Shown here piece by piece: positions 8,634-18,982 of a DNA stretch of 64,000 nucleotides. Made by a program: the position numbers and the translations under genes. Below the pieces are notes generated by a model. The model had not been told where the DNA came from. It made no database searches and was given only the letters and a program-made list of their open reading frames with translations. Source of the stretch: a bacterium (GTDB lineage: Bacteria; Verrucomicrobiota; Verrucomicrobiia; Limisphaerales; UBA11358); NCBI GenBank assembly GCA_021780375.1, contig JAJXYT010000001.1, forward strand, positions 304-64,303, written 5' to 3'. Positions within the stretch are counted from its first letter, which is position 1, and each line of letters starts with the position of its first letter.

Positions 8634-8942
8634 ATGAGCAAACCGATGAGCGCGAAGACAACACCGGACCTGCAGTTCCTCACCAGGGAGCTCACCATCG
8701 CCAACCGGCTGGGGATTCACGCCCGGCCGGCAGCGGTGTTTGTGAAGACCGCCAACCGGTTTGCGTCGGAAATCCTGGTGGAAAAAGACGGCGAGAAAAT
8801 CAACGGCAAGAGTATCATGGGCTTGATGATGCTGGCCGCCGGTCCCGGCAGCAAACTGACCCTCCACGTCCGCGGCGACGACGCCTCCCAAGCCATTCAG
8901 GAACTGGAAGCGCTCGTGGCACGGAAGTTCGACGAGGAATAA
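8634..8942 (+). CDS. ptsH: Phosphocarrier protein HPr
   Basis: His-15 motif GIHARPA and Ser-46 motif GKSIMG. About 100 aa. Confidence 0.88.
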   Translation: MSKPMSAKTTPDLQFLTRELTIANRLGIHARPAAVFVKTANRFASEILVEKDGEKINGKSIMGLMMLAAGPGSKLTLHVRGDDASQAIQELEALVARKFDEE

Positions 8943-9327
8943 GCCGCAAAGTTCCGGGTCCTTTTGGATTTCGCCGGAAACTCACCGGCAACGTGCATTT
9001 CCCCTGACGAATCACGTTTTCATCGGAAGTTGCACCCCACCATGTTTGTATCCACGAGCCATTTTTCACTTTGAAATATCACCGAACAATATTCCTCGAC
9101 CCGCAGCAAAGGTTTTTTACCGCCGTTCCGCAAGAGCTCGCAAGTCGCAACCCCTTCGACTTGAGTCGCAGCCTGCAACGATCCCAAAAACAAAAGCTCA
9201 ACCACAACGCCCAGGGCGAGCGAGCGCGTCTCACAGGTGCTCCGGCTTGTTTGGGATTATTAGAACCGTCCCCCCCAGTGTCAACTTTGGACTTTGAACT
9301 TCGGGCTTTGGACTTTAGCCTGTCCCC

Positions 9328-9615
9328 ATGGCTTCCGCCGAAATTGACATCAAATACGTCGCCCACCTGGCGCGGCTGCAGCTGACCCCCGACGAGGAAA
9401 AAAAACTGGGCGCCCAACTGGAAAATATCCTCGGTTACATCGAAAAGTTGAATCAACTCGATGTTTCCGGCGTCGAGCCGACCGCCCATGCCGTGCCAAT
9501 GGTCAACGTCACGCGCCCGGATGAGATTCGCCCGTCGCTCCCGCAGGACGACGCTCTGCGCAACGCGCCCGCCCGGGCCAACGGCCTGTTCATCGTGCCG
9601 AAAATCGTTGAATGA
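9328..9615 (+). CDS. gatC: Asp/Glu-tRNA amidotransferase subunit C
   Basis: 95 aa with a GatC pattern (VAHLARLQLTPDEE...ILGYIEKLNQLD). It lies directly upstream of gatA. Confidence 0.85.
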   Translation: MASAEIDIKYVAHLARLQLTPDEEKKLGAQLENILGYIEKLNQLDVSGVEPTAHAVPMVNVTRPDEIRPSLPQDDALRNAPARANGLFIVPKIVE

Positions 9616-9620
9616 TTTCC

Positions 9621-9698
9621 AACCACGGATGAACACGGATGAACACGGATTAGAGATGAAGCAAAAGTATCCGTGTAAATCTGTGTCTATCCGTGGTT
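9621..9698. repeat. 78-nt hairpin made of cacggat / atccgtg decamer blocks
   Basis: The left arm aaccacggatgaacacggatgaacacggat matches the reverse complement of atccgtgtaaatctgtgtctatccgtggtt at 25/30, with an 18-nt loop. It fills the gatC-gatA spacer. Confidence 0.8.
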
Positions 9699-9706
9699 AA
9701 ACCTCT

Positions 9707-11185
9707 ATGTTGAACCAACTGACCATTTCCGAACTGACGGCCAGGCTCGCCAAACGCGAAGTCTCTTCACGCGAGGCCGTGCAGTCGTGTCTCGACCGGA
9801 TCGCCCGCGTGGATGGAGAAATCCACGCCTTCATCAGCCACAACGACGCCGACGCGCTCGCCCAGGCGGACGCAGCCGATCAATTGTTTTCCCGGGGCGA
9901 TAGCGCCGGCCGGCCGCTGCTCGGCGTGCCGGTGGCGGTCAAGGACGTGCTGGCGGTCAAAAATCAGCCGCTCAATTGTGGCTCGAAAATCCTGGGCCGG
10001 TTTGTTTCACCCTATGACGCAACGGTCGTGGAAAAATTAAAAGCGGCGGGCGCCATTGTCTTTGGCCGGTTGAACATGGATGAGTTTGCCATGGGCAGCT
10101 CGACGGAAAATTCCGCGTTCGGTGTCACACGCAATCCGTGGGATACCACGCGCATTCCCGGCGGCTCGTCCGGCGGCTCGGCGGCGGCCGTCGCCGCGGA
10201 TGAAGTCATGGCCGCGCTCGGCTCGGACACCGGCGGCTCCATTCGCCAGCCGGCAGCGCTTTGTGGTTGCGTCGGTTTGAAACCCACTTACGGCCGCGTT
10301 TCGCGATACGGCCTGGTCGCCTTTGCCAGCTCGCTCGACCAGATCGGCCCGTTCACCAAAGACGTGCGCGATGCGGCGACGATGCTCGGGGTCATCGGGG
10401 GACACGATCCGCGCGATTCGACCAGCGTGCCGCAACCGCTGCCCGACTATGCCGCGGCGTTGACCGGGTCCTCGCCGGACGGGCCAATCCTCAAAGGGCT
10501 CAAGCTCGGTTTGCCGAAGGAATACCTGATTGGCGGTCTGGACGCGGAAGTGAAAGCGGCCGTGGACGCCGCCGTGAAAAAATTCCAGGAACTTGGCGCG
10601 GAGATTATCGAGATTTCGTTGCCGCACACGGATTACGCCGTGGCGACGTATTACATCATTGCCACCGCCGAGGCTTCGGCCAATCTGGCGCGGTTTGACG
10701 GCATCCGTTACGGCGCGCGGGTGGAGGGGGCGGACCCGGTGGAGCTTTATGGCAGGACCCGCGGGGCGGGTTTTGGCACGGAAGTGAAGCGGCGGATCAT
10801 TCTCGGCACCTACGTCTTGAGCAGCGGTTACCACGATGCGTACTACCTGCGCGCCCAAAAAGTCCGCACGCTCATCCGCAATGATTTTTTGAAAGCGTTT
10901 AAAACCGTGGATGCCGTGGTGACGCCCACCTCGCCGACGGCGGCGTTCAAGATCGGCGAGAAATCGGACGACCCGCTGCAGATGTATCTGAGCGACATCT
11001 TCACCATTTCCTGCAACCTGGCGGGCATCTGCGGCATCAGCCTTCCGTGCGGCTTCATGAAAAATCCGAAGCTGCCGATTGGTTTGCAACTGTTGGGCAA
11101 ACCGTTCGGCGAGGAAACCCTTTTACAGGCTGCCCACGCCTACGAACGGGGCACGAACTGGCACCGGGAGAAACCGCCACTCTAA
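9707..11185 (+). CDS. gatA: Glutamyl-tRNA(Gln) amidotransferase subunit A
   Basis: Amidase signature [13 protein letters not shown]. GatA-like over its full length of 492 aa. Confidence 0.93.
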   Translation: MLNQLTISELTARLAKREVSSREAVQSCLDRIARVDGEIHAFISHNDADALAQADAADQLFSRGDSAGRPLLGVPVAVKDVLAVKNQPLNCGSKILGRFVSPYDATVVEKLKAAGAIVFGRLNMDEFAMGSSTENSAFGVTRNPWDTTRIPGGSSGGSAAAVAADEVMAALGSDTGGSIRQPAALCGCVGLKPTYGRVSRYGLVAFASSLDQIGPFTKDVRDAATMLGVIGGHDPRDSTSVPQPLPDYAAALTGSSPDGPILKGLKLGLPKEYLIGGLDAEVKAAVDAAVKKFQELGAEIIEISLPHTDYAVATYYIIATAEASANLARFDGIRYGARVEGADPVELYGRTRGAGFGTEVKRRIILGTYVLSSGYHDAYYLRAQKVRTLIRNDFLKAFKTVDAVVTPTSPTAAFKIGEKSDDPLQMYLSDIFTISCNLAGICGISLPCGFMKNPKLPIGLQLLGKPFGEETLLQAAHAYERGTNWHREKPPL

Positions 11186-11236
11186 GCTGCGGCCGTTTTC
11201 GGACTTTCCCTGGAACAAACGAAGGGGCTTGCATTT

Positions 11237-11258
11237 CAAGTAACTTGATGGTTACTTG
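11237..11258 (+). promoter_or_regulatory. Candidate TetR operator: perfect inverted repeat CAAGTAAC-N6-GTTACTTG
   Basis: Perfect 8-bp arms read directly. The repeat ends 10 nt before the ATG (11268) of the TetR gene that heads the efflux operon. Confidence 0.55.
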
Positions 11259-11267
11259 GCAGGCTTG

Positions 11268-11918
11268 ATGGCCAGACCCGCCAGAACCTCAGGCGTCTCG
11301 TTGCGGAACCCGGAACGCACGCGCGAGCGCATTTTATCCGCCGCGCTGAAGGAGTTCGCCGCGAACGGTTTTGCCGGGGCACGGGTGGATGCCATCGCGC
11401 AGCGCGCGGCCGTCAACAAACGGATGCTTTACCATTACTTCGGCAACAAGGAACATCTGTTTCGGGAAGTGCTGCGTCTGAAAATGGCCGAGCGGCAGGC
11501 GTGGGCCGAAACGTTGTCGGGCGATCCGGCGGAAAGTCTTGCCTTCTGGTTCGACGCCGCGTGCCGGGACCCGGATTGGGTTCGTCTGCTGGAGTGGGAA
11601 GCGTTGCAGGAAGCCAACCGGCGGTTGATTGACGAAAAAAAACGGCGCGCCGCAACAAACCGCGGACTGGAGCGCATCCGGCAGCGGCAGACCCGCGGCC
11701 AGGTTTCGGCTGAATTCGATCCGCGCCACGTCATGCTGGCCATGCGGTCGCTGACCATGTTTCCGGCGGCGTTCCCCCAATTGACCCGGCTCATCATGGG
11801 GCGACCCGTTTCCGACCCCATGTTTCAGAAGGATCGTACCGCGTTTTTGAAAAGATTCGCGGCCGCCTTTCAACCGCCCCCGGCGCGGAGCTCCGCCAAG
11901 AACGATCTGGCAAAGTAA
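11268..11918 (+). CDS. TetR/AcrR family transcriptional regulator
   Basis: N-terminal TetR HTH (RERILSAALKEFAANGFAGARVDAIAQRAAVNKRMLYHYF). It sits directly upstream of the RND adaptor and pump genes. Confidence 0.85.
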   Translation: MARPARTSGVSLRNPERTRERILSAALKEFAANGFAGARVDAIAQRAAVNKRMLYHYFGNKEHLFREVLRLKMAERQAWAETLSGDPAESLAFWFDAACRDPDWVRLLEWEALQEANRRLIDEKKRRAATNRGLERIRQRQTRGQVSAEFDPRHVMLAMRSLTMFPAAFPQLTRLIMGRPVSDPMFQKDRTAFLKRFAAAFQPPPARSSAKNDLAK

Positions 11919-11924
11919 AGCAGC

Positions 11925-13028
11925 ATGAAAAAATCCTCTTTTATTTCCGGAATATTGGCGGTGACCGCCGGGCTGCTGGCGGGCGGCTGTTCCCGCAGCG
12001 CGAAACCCGCCGCGGGCGGCGCAGCGCCGGTGCTGGTCGCCGCCGCCTTCACCACCAATGTGCCCATGCAGATTGATCCGCCGCCGGTCGGCCATGTGAT
12101 GCCGTACTCGACCGTGACGATTCACTCGCAAATCGGCGGCATCATCAGCCAGGTGCATTTCAAGGAAGGCCAGCAGGTCAGCCAGGGCGATTTGCTGTTC
12201 ACGATTGATCCGCGGCCGTCGCAGGCGGCACTGGCCCAGGCCCAGGCAAATCTGTTGCGCGACCGGGCGCAACTGGAAAATGCCAGGATCCAGTTTGATC
12301 GCGAGCGGAAATTATTCGACCAGAAACTTGTCTCCCAGGATGAATTTGACACCAGCAAGGCCGGCATGGACGCGCTTCAGGGCACCGTCCAGGCGGATCA
12401 AGCCGCAGTCACCAATGCCGGCCTCAACCTCGAGTTCACCGAAATCCGGTCGCCCATAGACGGAATCACCGGCAGCCTGCTGTTCTACCAGGGCAATGTC
12501 GTCAAGGCCCCGGACGACACGTTGCTGACGATCAACCAAATCCGTCCGATCTATGTCGGGTTTGCCGTGCCGGAACAGTATCTGCCGGAAATCAGAAGTG
12601 AAATGAAGCAAAGAAAGCTCAAGGTCCAGGCCGCGTTTGAGGGCATGAATGTGCCGCCGCCGCAGGGTGAATTGACCTTCATCAACAACACGGTGGATGA
12701 AACCACCGGATCGATCCTGCTTAAGGCGACCTTTCCGAACGAGCAAGGCGTGCTGTGGCCGGGACAGTTTGTGAACGTTGAGTTGACATTGTCGGAACTG
12801 ACGAACGCGGTCGTCGTACCGTCACCGGCCATCCAGACCGGGCAAAACGGGGAGTACGTTTACGTCGTAAAACCGGATCAAACCGTGGCTGAACGTCCCG
12901 TGACCATCGGCATCACCTATCAGGATGAGACGGTCGTGCAAACAGGCCTGGTCGCGGGTGAAACGGTGGTGACCGACGGGCAATTGCGGCTGACGCCCGG
13001 CGCGAAGGTCAGTGTCAAACAACCCTGA
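11925..13028 (+). CDS. RND efflux periplasmic adaptor (membrane fusion protein)
   Basis: Lipoprotein-type signal (LLAGGCS) and HlyD/MFP lipoyl and beta-barrel sequence features. It is adjacent to an RND permease. Confidence 0.85.
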   Translation: MKKSSFISGILAVTAGLLAGGCSRSAKPAAGGAAPVLVAAAFTTNVPMQIDPPPVGHVMPYSTVTIHSQIGGIISQVHFKEGQQVSQGDLLFTIDPRPSQAALAQAQANLLRDRAQLENARIQFDRERKLFDQKLVSQDEFDTSKAGMDALQGTVQADQAAVTNAGLNLEFTEIRSPIDGITGSLLFYQGNVVKAPDDTLLTINQIRPIYVGFAVPEQYLPEIRSEMKQRKLKVQAAFEGMNVPPPQGELTFINNTVDETTGSILLKATFPNEQGVLWPGQFVNVELTLSELTNAVVVPSPAIQTGQNGEYVYVVKPDQTVAERPVTIGITYQDETVVQTGLVAGETVVTDGQLRLTPGAKVSVKQP

Positions 13029-13083
13029 TGAAGCAAAACCACCATGACGCGGGGCGACCGGGCGGTTGTTTCGTTGATCGGCC

Positions 13084-16000
13084 ATGAGCATTCCCGAACT
13101 GTTCATCCGCCGGCCGGTAATGACCACGTTGGTCATGCTGGCCATCCTGTTGTTCGGCATCATTGGTTACAGCCTGTTACCGGTCAGCGACCTGCCGGAC
13201 GTGGATTATCCCACCATCAACGTTTCGGCGAGCCTGCCCGGCGCGAGTCCTGACACCATGGCCTCGGCCGTGGCCACGCCGCTGGAAAAACAATTCTCCA
13301 CCATTGCGGGCGTGGATTCCATGAGTTCGGTCAGCGCGCTGGGCGCTTCGCAAATCACCATTCAATTTTCGCTGGACCGCAATATTGATGCGGCAGCACA
13401 GGACGTGCAGGCGGCCATCGCCAAGGCGGCCCGGCAGTTGCCGCCGAACATGCCCACCCCGCCGACGTACAGCAAAGTCAATCCGGCCGACGCGCCGATT
13501 CTTTATCTCGCGATGTCGTCGCCGACCCTGCCGCTCTCCGTCGTGGACAATTACGCCGAAAATTTGCTGGCGGAACAGATTTCCATGGTGGACGGCGTGG
13601 CGCAGGTTTCCGTCTATGGCTCACAACAATACGCCGTGCGCATCCAGGTGGACCCGAACAAGCTGGCGGCCTATGGCCTGGGCATTGACCAGGTCGAACA
13701 GGCGGTGGAACAAGGCAACGTGGATCAGCCGACGGGCATCCTTTACGGCAAACACCAGGCCTTCACCGTGGAGGCCAACGGCCAACTGGAGGACGCGGCG
13801 GCTTTTCGCCCGCTGATTGTCGCCTGGCGCAACGGCAATCCGGTGCGGCTGGAGCAGTTGGGCAACGTGCTCGACAGCGTGCAAAACAACAAGGTGGCAG
13901 CGTGGTACAACACGCCGAAAGGAAGCACCCGCGCCGTGGTGCTGGCCATTCAGCGCCAGCCCGGAGCGAACACCGTTGCCGTGGTGGACAACATCAAGAA
14001 ATTGCTGCCGCAGTTCCGCACCCAGATTCCCGCTGCCGTTCAGCTCAATGTGCTTTTTGACCGTTCCCAATCCATCCGCGAATCGGTAGCGGAGGTCGAG
14101 CACACCCTGTTTTTGGCCGTCTGCCTTGTCATCATGGTCATATTCATTTTTCTGCGGAACCTCTCGGCGACACTCATTCCCAGCCTGGCCTTGCCGATGT
14201 CCATCATCGGCACGTTTGCCGTGATGGCCCTGCTCGGTTACAGCCTCGACAATCTGTCGCTCATGTCACTGACACTCTGCGTCGGATTCGTGGTCGATGA
14301 CGCCATTGTCATGCTCGAGAACATTGTGCGTCACATGGAAAACGGCGAATCCCCGATGGCAGCGGCGCTGAAGGGTTCCCGGGAAATCGGCTTCACCATT
14401 GTTTCGATGACGCTGTCGCTCACGGCGGTGTTCATCCCGGTGCTGTTCATGAGCGGCCTGGTCGGGCGACTGCTGCACGAATTTGCCGTGACCATTGTCA
14501 CCGCCGTGTTGGTGTCCGGTTTTGTTTCGCTGACGCTGACGCCGATGATGTGCAGCCGGTTTGTGCACGCGGAGCGTGGGCGCCAGCACGGCCGGGTTTA
14601 CAATGCCTTCGAACGGTATTTTAACGGGATGCGCGACACCTACGACCGCACGCTCAAAGTGGTCCTGCGCCACCGCCGCACGACCTTGATCGTCTCGCTG
14701 GTGATCTTTGTCGTCACCTTGTTCTTATTTGTCGTCATTCCCAAGGGCTTTTTTCCCAGTGAAGACACCGGCCAGATTTTTGCGATTACCGAGGCGTCGC
14801 AGGACATATCCTTTGACGCCATGCGGCAACATCAAATGGCCGCGGCGAAAATCGTGGCAGCGGACCCGAACGTGGCCGCGTTCATGTCCGCCATTGGCGC
14901 CGGCGGACCGTCCTCCACCTTGAATCAGGGCCGCATGTTCATGCGCTTGAAACCGCGTTCCGAACGCAAACTGAGCGCGGATCAGATCATTCAGGAATTG
15001 CGTCCGAAGCTGGCGCAGGTGACAGGCATTAATGTTTACCCGCAAAACCTGCCGCTCATTCGGGTCGGCGGCCGGCTGACCAAGGCGTTGTATCAATACA
15101 GTTTGCAGGACTCCGACACCAAGGAACTCTTCCACTGGGCGCCGATTTTGACTGACCGGATGGCCAAACTGCCCGGTCTGCAGGACGTGACCAGCGATTT
15201 GCAGATCGCCAGCCCGCAGGTGAACGTGGACATCGATCGTGACAAAGCGGCCGCGCTGGGTGTGACCGCGCAGCAGGTCGAAAACGCTTTGAATTATGCC
15301 TACGGGGAAATGCAGGCCTCGACCATCTACTCCGATGTGGCCGAATACTGGGTGGTCTTTGAAGTCCTGCCGCAATTTCAACTTGAACCCGCCGCGCTGG
15401 CGCGGCTCTACATCACCAGTTCGATGACGAGCACCAATGGGACGCCGAATCTCGTTCCTTTGAGCGCCGTCGCCCGGCTTTCCCGGAGCCTGGGTCCGGC
15501 GACCATTGCACATATCGGCCAGTTGCCGGCGGTCACCATTTCGTTCAACCTCGCTCCCGGTGTGGCCCTCGGCACAGCGGTATCGGAAATTCAAGAAATG
15601 GAGGCGCAAACGCACCTCCCGGCCACCGTCACCGGCAGTTTTCAGGGCGCGGCACAGGTTTACCAATCTTCTCTGCAGGGCCTCTTCGCTTTGCTCATCA
15701 TGTCCATTCTCGTCATTTACATCATTCTGGGCATTCTTTACGAAAGCTTTATTCATCCGCTGACGATTTTGTCCGGCCTCCCCTCGGCAGGATTTGGGGC
15801 GTTGATGACACTGATTATTTTCAGTTGGTGCAACACGAACACCCTTCACGAATTGGCGCATCCCCAAAATCTTAAAGCATTTTTCGAGACATTGGTCTCG
15901 CACGCCGAACTGAACATATACGGATTTGTGGGGTTGATCATGCTCATTGGCATAGTAAAAAAGAACGCCATCCTGATGATTGACTTTGCCATCGTCGCGC

Positions 16001-16311
16001 AACGCGAGCATGGCAAGGACCCCTATGACGCCATTTACGAAGGCTGCCTGTTGCGGTTCCGGCCCATCATGATGACCACCATGGCCGCGCTGATGGCCAC
16101 ATTACCCATCGCGCTGGGCCTCGGCGCGGGCGGTTCCTCGCGGCAGACGCTTGGCCTGGCGGTTGTCGGCGGCTTGCTGGTTTCCCAGCTTCTTACGCTT
16201 TATATCACACCGGTGATTTATCTCTACCTGGAATCGGCCCACCAATGGTATTTGCGCAAGCACGCCAGACGCGCCGCGATTCAGACGGGAACGAATCCGG
16301 CGGCGGCGTGA
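13084..16311 (+). CDS. RND multidrug efflux permease (AcrB/MdtB/MdtC-like)
   Basis: 1075 aa with a 12-TM architecture. Conserved blocks include VVDDAIVMLENI and KKNAILMIDFA. Confidence 0.92.
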   Translation: MSIPELFIRRPVMTTLVMLAILLFGIIGYSLLPVSDLPDVDYPTINVSASLPGASPDTMASAVATPLEKQFSTIAGVDSMSSVSALGASQITIQFSLDRNIDAAAQDVQAAIAKAARQLPPNMPTPPTYSKVNPADAPILYLAMSSPTLPLSVVDNYAENLLAEQISMVDGVAQVSVYGSQQYAVRIQVDPNKLAAYGLGIDQVEQAVEQGNVDQPTGILYGKHQAFTVEANGQLEDAAAFRPLIVAWRNGNPVRLEQLGNVLDSVQNNKVAAWYNTPKGSTRAVVLAIQRQPGANTVAVVDNIKKLLPQFRTQIPAAVQLNVLFDRSQSIRESVAEVEHTLFLAVCLVIMVIFIFLRNLSATLIPSLALPMSIIGTFAVMALLGYSLDNLSLMSLTLCVGFVVDDAIVMLENIVRHMENGESPMAAALKGSREIGFTIVSMTLSLTAVFIPVLFMSGLVGRLLHEFAVTIVTAVLVSGFVSLTLTPMMCSRFVHAERGRQHGRVYNAFERYFNGMRDTYDRTLKVVLRHRRTTLIVSLVIFVVTLFLFVVIPKGFFPSEDTGQIFAITEASQDISFDAMRQHQMAAAKIVAADPNVAAFMSAIGAGGPSSTLNQGRMFMRLKPRSERKLSADQIIQELRPKLAQVTGINVYPQNLPLIRVGGRLTKALYQYSLQDSDTKELFHWAPILTDRMAKLPGLQDVTSDLQIASPQVNVDIDRDKAAALGVTAQQVENALNYAYGEMQASTIYSDVAEYWVVFEVLPQFQLEPAALARLYITSSMTSTNGTPNLVPLSAVARLSRSLGPATIAHIGQLPAVTISFNLAPGVALGTAVSEIQEMEAQTHLPATVTGSFQGAAQVYQSSLQGLFALLIMSILVIYIILGILYESFIHPLTILSGLPSAGFGALMTLIIFSWCNTNTLHELAHPQNLKAFFETLVSHAELNIYGFVGLIMLIGIVKKNAILMIDFAIVAQREHGKDPYDAIYEGCLLRFRPIMMTTMAALMATLPIALGLGAGGSSRQTLGLAVVGGLLVSQLLTLYITPVIYLYLESAHQWYLRKHARRAAIQTGTNPAAA

Positions 16312-16344
16312 AACGGTGTTTAACGGGACTTCCCGCTCGTTCGG

Positions 16345-18795
16345 TTACCAGGGCCGTTCGACGCGGAAAAACCCGCTCCCCGACGCAGGCAAAGTGACAC
16401 TCAGCAGGCTGGAGTTGGTATCGAGAGCATTGGTGACCCACAACCATTGCGCGGGTGAAGCAAGCGCATCGTTCTTCCTCAGCAAGGTGTCAATGATGGT
16501 ATTGGGCCACGAAACGGTGATGGAGTCGCCGGCACGGGCAATATTCAACTGTACCGGATTACCGGCCACAATCAGGCCGGCATCCACCGAGCTGTTTCCC
16601 GACACGGTGGCAATCACGGTCCAAAGGTAAGTGCCCGGAAGCTGGTAGGTGTGGGTGGCGAACTGGTTTGTCCCATGCGGCGTATTGTCGCCGAAGTTCC
16701 AATCGTAGGTCACCGGCGCGGCGTTGTTGGAAACGGCGGGCACGGCCGCAAACGGAGCCGGCCAATTTGCCGGATAGGACGGCGGGACGTATCCGATGGC
16801 GCTTATGGAATATGGCCCTTGCGCCACGGACACGATACCGGTGCCAAGGTTCGAATTTTTGTTGCCGTCATAGGCCGCAAACATAAACGTGTCCGTCCCC
16901 ACGTAACCTGGATTCGGGAAATAGGTCGCCACATTGTTGCTCAACCCCACGGAACCGTTGGTCGCCTGGGAGAGGATCCGCAGGGTGAGGTTGCTGCCGG
17001 TCGCCGGCAATATCATGGCCACGGCCCTGTTATTGGTGGTGTTGGTGGAAACATTGCTCACGGCGGGTGGAACGCTGTTGTTGGGGTTGCTGTTGCCGGG
17101 TCCGTTGTGACAGAGGTAACAGCCAATTTCCGCCCCGCGGTAGAGATTGACCGTGTTCGTAACCGTGTCAAAACTGGCTATCAACGTGCGATCCGCCTGG
17201 GCGCGGGACAGGACGGTTCCCCGATAATCCGTTCCGTGGCAGATGGCACAGGCCGTCACCCCGCCCGGCAGCGAGTTGATCAAATCCCCGTGCGAGCCGA
17301 TCCAATTCTGGCCCAGCATGTGCATTCCGTGCGGCCCGCCGTTGGCGGTATTGGGCATGCTCACATGGCAGGCGGTGCATTCAATCATCATACCGACATG
17401 GCCCTGAATCTGGATGTTCCGCAAATTATCGTTGAGGTGCGTGCTGGGAAACTCCGCATGCGTCGAGCCATGGCACGCCTCGCATTGCAAACCGCCATGG
17501 CCGACGGAAAACCGGTACAACGCAAGATTATTGATGGCGAAAGTCTGGTCCACCGCAGTCCGAACGGTCCAGTTGGTATCGGTGAAGACGGAGGTGTAGC
17601 GGATTTGCCCGTTGTTATTGACGGCGGTGCCGGAGTGGCAGCTCTGGCACAGCGGTTCGTCCAGCCAGCCGGTGCGATTGGTCGAGCCAACCAGGCTCAT
17701 GTTGCCGTGGCAACTCTGGCATTGCATTTCCATGGAACCATCCGCTGCAATGGCCCCGCCCATCGCGCCGCGCAGGCATCTCGTCGTGGAACCGGGATGA
17801 CAGCGGTAACAGGCGGAACGGTTGGCGAGATTATCGAGGGTGGTATTGGACGTTGGATCCACCACATGCGCGTGGAATCCGTGCATGGAAGCTGTGAATG
17901 GAGGGATGTTGCTGTAACTGTTCAGAATATTCAGCGCCACGTCGGCATGACAAGCCGCGCACAGAACCGGTTTCCCATCGGCGGTCACGTTACGGTAGAG
18001 GCCTTGTGGATTGAAACCTCGGGCGGCCAGGGCGGCCTGGTAAAGTCCGGGAGACTGCGAGAACTGCCGCTCGTCGTGCAACCGAAGAATGTTCAGCCGG
18101 AAATCGCGTTCCGGCAAACCGTCCCAGACCCAGCCGGCCAGCGGCTCGGCGGCCGTTTGCGTGCCCGAAGCATGACAGGCGCGGCAATCCATTTCATCGG
18201 AGATGGGCAGGACAATCTGGTTCGTCGCGAGGATGTTGTTCCCGGCATCACGCGCCACGAGCAACATGAGCGGATAAGGATTTTTCTTGAGGGCATCGTC
18301 GTAAGGTGAAAGCGGAATTCCCTCGGCGCGCCACCAGTTGACCGGCGTGGTGACGCCGGGAAGCGGTGGAACGGGTGTGTTGGTTTGCTCGAAGAGCATT
18401 CCTTGCGGCGTGTTGTTGAGGCCGGGCATGCCCCAGTTGAGTAATCCCGCGTTCACCGGCAAATTGGCGCCGTACAACGGAAAGACAAAGCTGTAAAAAT
18501 TGCCTTTGCCCGCAGACGTGGAATTGAACGAGCCGGTGGGATCGGCCACCGCCTGGTACGTCACGGTGTAACCGCCGTTCGTAACCAGCAGTCCGCCGAC
18601 GATGAGCTGAGCCTCAATGGTGTTGTAGGGCGGCAGGATGGAGAACACCGAGTAATCGCTGTCTATGCAATGCATGCCGAGATTGTTCCAGCCAAGAACC
18701 TGGGCATTGGCCCCGCAACTCGTGTGGGGGAAAAGAAAAGTCAAAGCGAACAAACAAACCGCCAAACGCAAACGCCATGGTCGCCACGCTTTCAT
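16345..18795 (-). CDS. Secreted nonaheme c-type cytochrome with C-terminal Ig-like, PKD and FYR-tail domains
   Basis: Signal peptide and nine CxxCH motifs (CRACH, CAACH, CYRCH, CQSCH x2, CEACH, CTACH, CAICH, CYLCH). A PKD-type block is present (YDWNFGDNTPHGTNQFATHTYQLPGTY). The protein ends GFFRVERPW. Confidence 0.85.
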   Translation of the reverse strand: MKAWRPWRLRLAVCLFALTFLFPHTSCGANAQVLGWNNLGMHCIDSDYSVFSILPPYNTIEAQLIVGGLLVTNGGYTVTYQAVADPTGSFNSTSAGKGNFYSFVFPLYGANLPVNAGLLNWGMPGLNNTPQGMLFEQTNTPVPPLPGVTTPVNWWRAEGIPLSPYDDALKKNPYPLMLLVARDAGNNILATNQIVLPISDEMDCRACHASGTQTAAEPLAGWVWDGLPERDFRLNILRLHDERQFSQSPGLYQAALAARGFNPQGLYRNVTADGKPVLCAACHADVALNILNSYSNIPPFTASMHGFHAHVVDPTSNTTLDNLANRSACYRCHPGSTTRCLRGAMGGAIAADGSMEMQCQSCHGNMSLVGSTNRTGWLDEPLCQSCHSGTAVNNNGQIRYTSVFTDTNWTVRTAVDQTFAINNLALYRFSVGHGGLQCEACHGSTHAEFPSTHLNDNLRNIQIQGHVGMMIECTACHVSMPNTANGGPHGMHMLGQNWIGSHGDLINSLPGGVTACAICHGTDYRGTVLSRAQADRTLIASFDTVTNTVNLYRGAEIGCYLCHNGPGNSNPNNSVPPAVSNVSTNTTNNRAVAMILPATGSNLTLRILSQATNGSVGLSNNVATYFPNPGYVGTDTFMFAAYDGNKNSNLGTGIVSVAQGPYSISAIGYVPPSYPANWPAPFAAVPAVSNNAAPVTYDWNFGDNTPHGTNQFATHTYQLPGTYLWTVIATVSGNSSVDAGLIVAGNPVQLNIARAGDSITVSWPNTIIDTLLRKNDALASPAQWLWVTNALDTNSSLLSVTLPASGSGFFRVERPW

Positions 18796-18982
18796 GGATT
18801 GTCCTGTCAGAACCGCTTCTTATCCTAACACAGATTTTAAGTCTGACAATCCACCAATCTGGGGAATTTTATGCCAAAAAATGCTGCGGTTCGGAACAGA
18901 GGAACCCCTGCCAATGGCTGATTTCAACCCTTGCCGTGCATCACGCCGTCCGCTGTGCTGGCTTCGCCGTTTCCCCAATGGT

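Noticed and set aside
8943-9327. RNase P RNA or another housekeeping ncRNA in the 385-nt ptsH-gatC gap. The words aaagttccgggtcc and acaggtgctccggcttg faintly resemble the P4-forming CR-I and CR-V segments at about the right spacing.
   Set aside because: The supposed CR-I would start right at the ptsH stop, leaving no room for P1-P3. The words are inexact. The AT-rich interior lacks the other universally conserved RNase P blocks.
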